The notes below the pieces were generated by a model. That model saw only the letters and a list, made by a program, of their open reading frames with translations, did not search any database and was not told the origin of the DNA. Both the position numbers and the translations under genes were made by a program. A DNA stretch of 64,000 nt from Antedon mediterranea (taxonomy: Eukaryota > Animalia > Echinodermata), in NCBI RefSeq assembly GCF_964355755.1, contig NC_092677.1, positions 6,284,101 through 6,348,100 of the forward strand. Reading direction: 5' to 3'. Numbering within the stretch: the stretch's first letter is position 1; each line of letters opens with the position of its first letter. Below are positions 62,675 through 64,000 of the stretch, piece after piece.

Positions 62675-64000
62675 CTAGCAATTATACCCGCCCCAGGGCG
62701 GGTTTCAAAATTAGTTTACAGCCTTCTCAGTACATAACACCCGACGCCAGTATCTGTCTATACTCGCCAACCTCCACCCCTCTTCAATAACACCCCATAC
62801 TCTTTCTTAAAAACAAATTCTTCCCAGTGATGGACAAATTCAATTCAACCTAAGCTTCGAATTGAGAGGAATATGCATAGCTACGATGGGTCTAATAATG
62901 GTTGAAGTACGTTGTAAATTGTGTAAATGAATAGGTGTCATATTGGCTGATAATGAAAATATGTAATTTAGATACTGCGGTCCCCCAGCCTTCTTTCTCC
63001 TGTCACCACCCCAGCCACCATCAACAAACCTTAACTCTTCCCCTGGACAGTTCAAATTTAGTAACCTTTCCTAGTACAATCGCTAGTATTTTCGCTCCTC
63101 CTTCCCCTACAAACACACCCCAGATACACTGGGTGATGTGTTGAAAAGCCGGTTCCAGTACAAATTATGTTATTATCACTCCCAACCCATAATCCCTCAG
63201 TGGCAGTTTTCAAATGTAGTTTAAAACATTCCAAATACAGTTTCGGTCATGGTCATAGGCCTACATCCCCACCCCAAACTCCCATCCGCTTCCCAGGGAT
63301 GATTAAATACTTTAACATTTTCCAACCACAATTCTGGTGTAAGCAAAATCCCCACTATCCCCTGAACCCAAACCCTATCTCCCAACCCCACTCTCTCACA
63401 ATGGGCGTTTTTCCCTTGGAGGGAACACAGTAACAGTAAGCAACGTTTGTTCACACAGGAATGGATGTCTGTACTGAGACAATCCAAGAGACCGATACAT
63501 AGCTGGATATGGTTAAAGTACTTTGCTAAATGTGTAAATGAATAGGTGTCATATTGGTTAATGAATAAAATATGTAAATCTATATACGCCTTGCTGAGGA
63601 TAATTAAAATACTGTAAAACTTTTGTAGTATAATTTTACAATTCAATAGCCTACAACCCCGAGCCCTAGCAAAAAATGACATCACAAACCACCACACCAC
63701 CCCGCCCCACCCCTCCCGCCCCTCCCACAAAAACCCCAGGAGTCGGGGGAATTTTTTTAAATGTAGTTTAAAACCTTCCGGGTACAATTGCCATCATTTT
63801 GATACCCCATACGTATGGTTACGTGCAGAAACAGAAATTTTTATAACGAACAAACATCGAAAGTGGGGGGTTTGACCACATTTTGGTCCCTAACTTGCAT
63901 CCTAGGTGGCGGATGATGTTGAAATAAGCTTAGAACATTCCCGGTACAATTGCGGTCATTTTGATACCCCCATATGTAAGATTGTGTGCAGTAACAACAT
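62675..64000 (-). mobile_element. Helitron-type element, 3' end (runs off the window)
   Basis: Minus-strand terminus: GC hairpin acccgccc-tg-gggcgggt (62686-62703), then CTAG followed by T. Homology with the ~55490 paralogous block stops exactly here. Internal subrepeats present. Confidence 0.65.

Noticed and set aside
63221-63787. 188-aa minus-strand ORF
   Set aside because: Compositionally biased, lies within a Helitron-like repeat, and has no Rep/helicase motifs.

Overview
AT-rich, repeat-dense invertebrate animal DNA with GT-AG introns. An echinoderm or other marine deuterostome is my inference and is not proven. Left part: a complete 13-exon, 640-aa SLC6 monoamine transporter (8408-16587, +) of the catecholamine/octopamine (NET/DAT/OAT) type. 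Right part: tail-to-tail with it, an array of eight intact, intronless ~295-aa P-loop sulfotransferase-like genes (Sulfotransfer_5 / BCAT-like N-terminal domain type) plus four pseudogene fragments. Four of these genes lie in a very young 4x tandem duplication (5.3-7.1 kb units). Each unit carries a 103-bp VNTR whose repeats each contain a splice-donor consensus and usually a CCAAT box. The rest is non-autonomous TEs: Harbinger, P, Kolobok, MULE-like, Helentron/Helitron, SINEs, a LINE end and a Penelope-like remnant with hammerhead ribozymes. Most unusual sequence-level signal: paralogous copies show repeated, independent TA-to-TAGGCCTA conversions, which suggests a prolific footprint-generating mechanism. 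All coordinates and counts were done by eye, and family assignments are from recall, not database searches.
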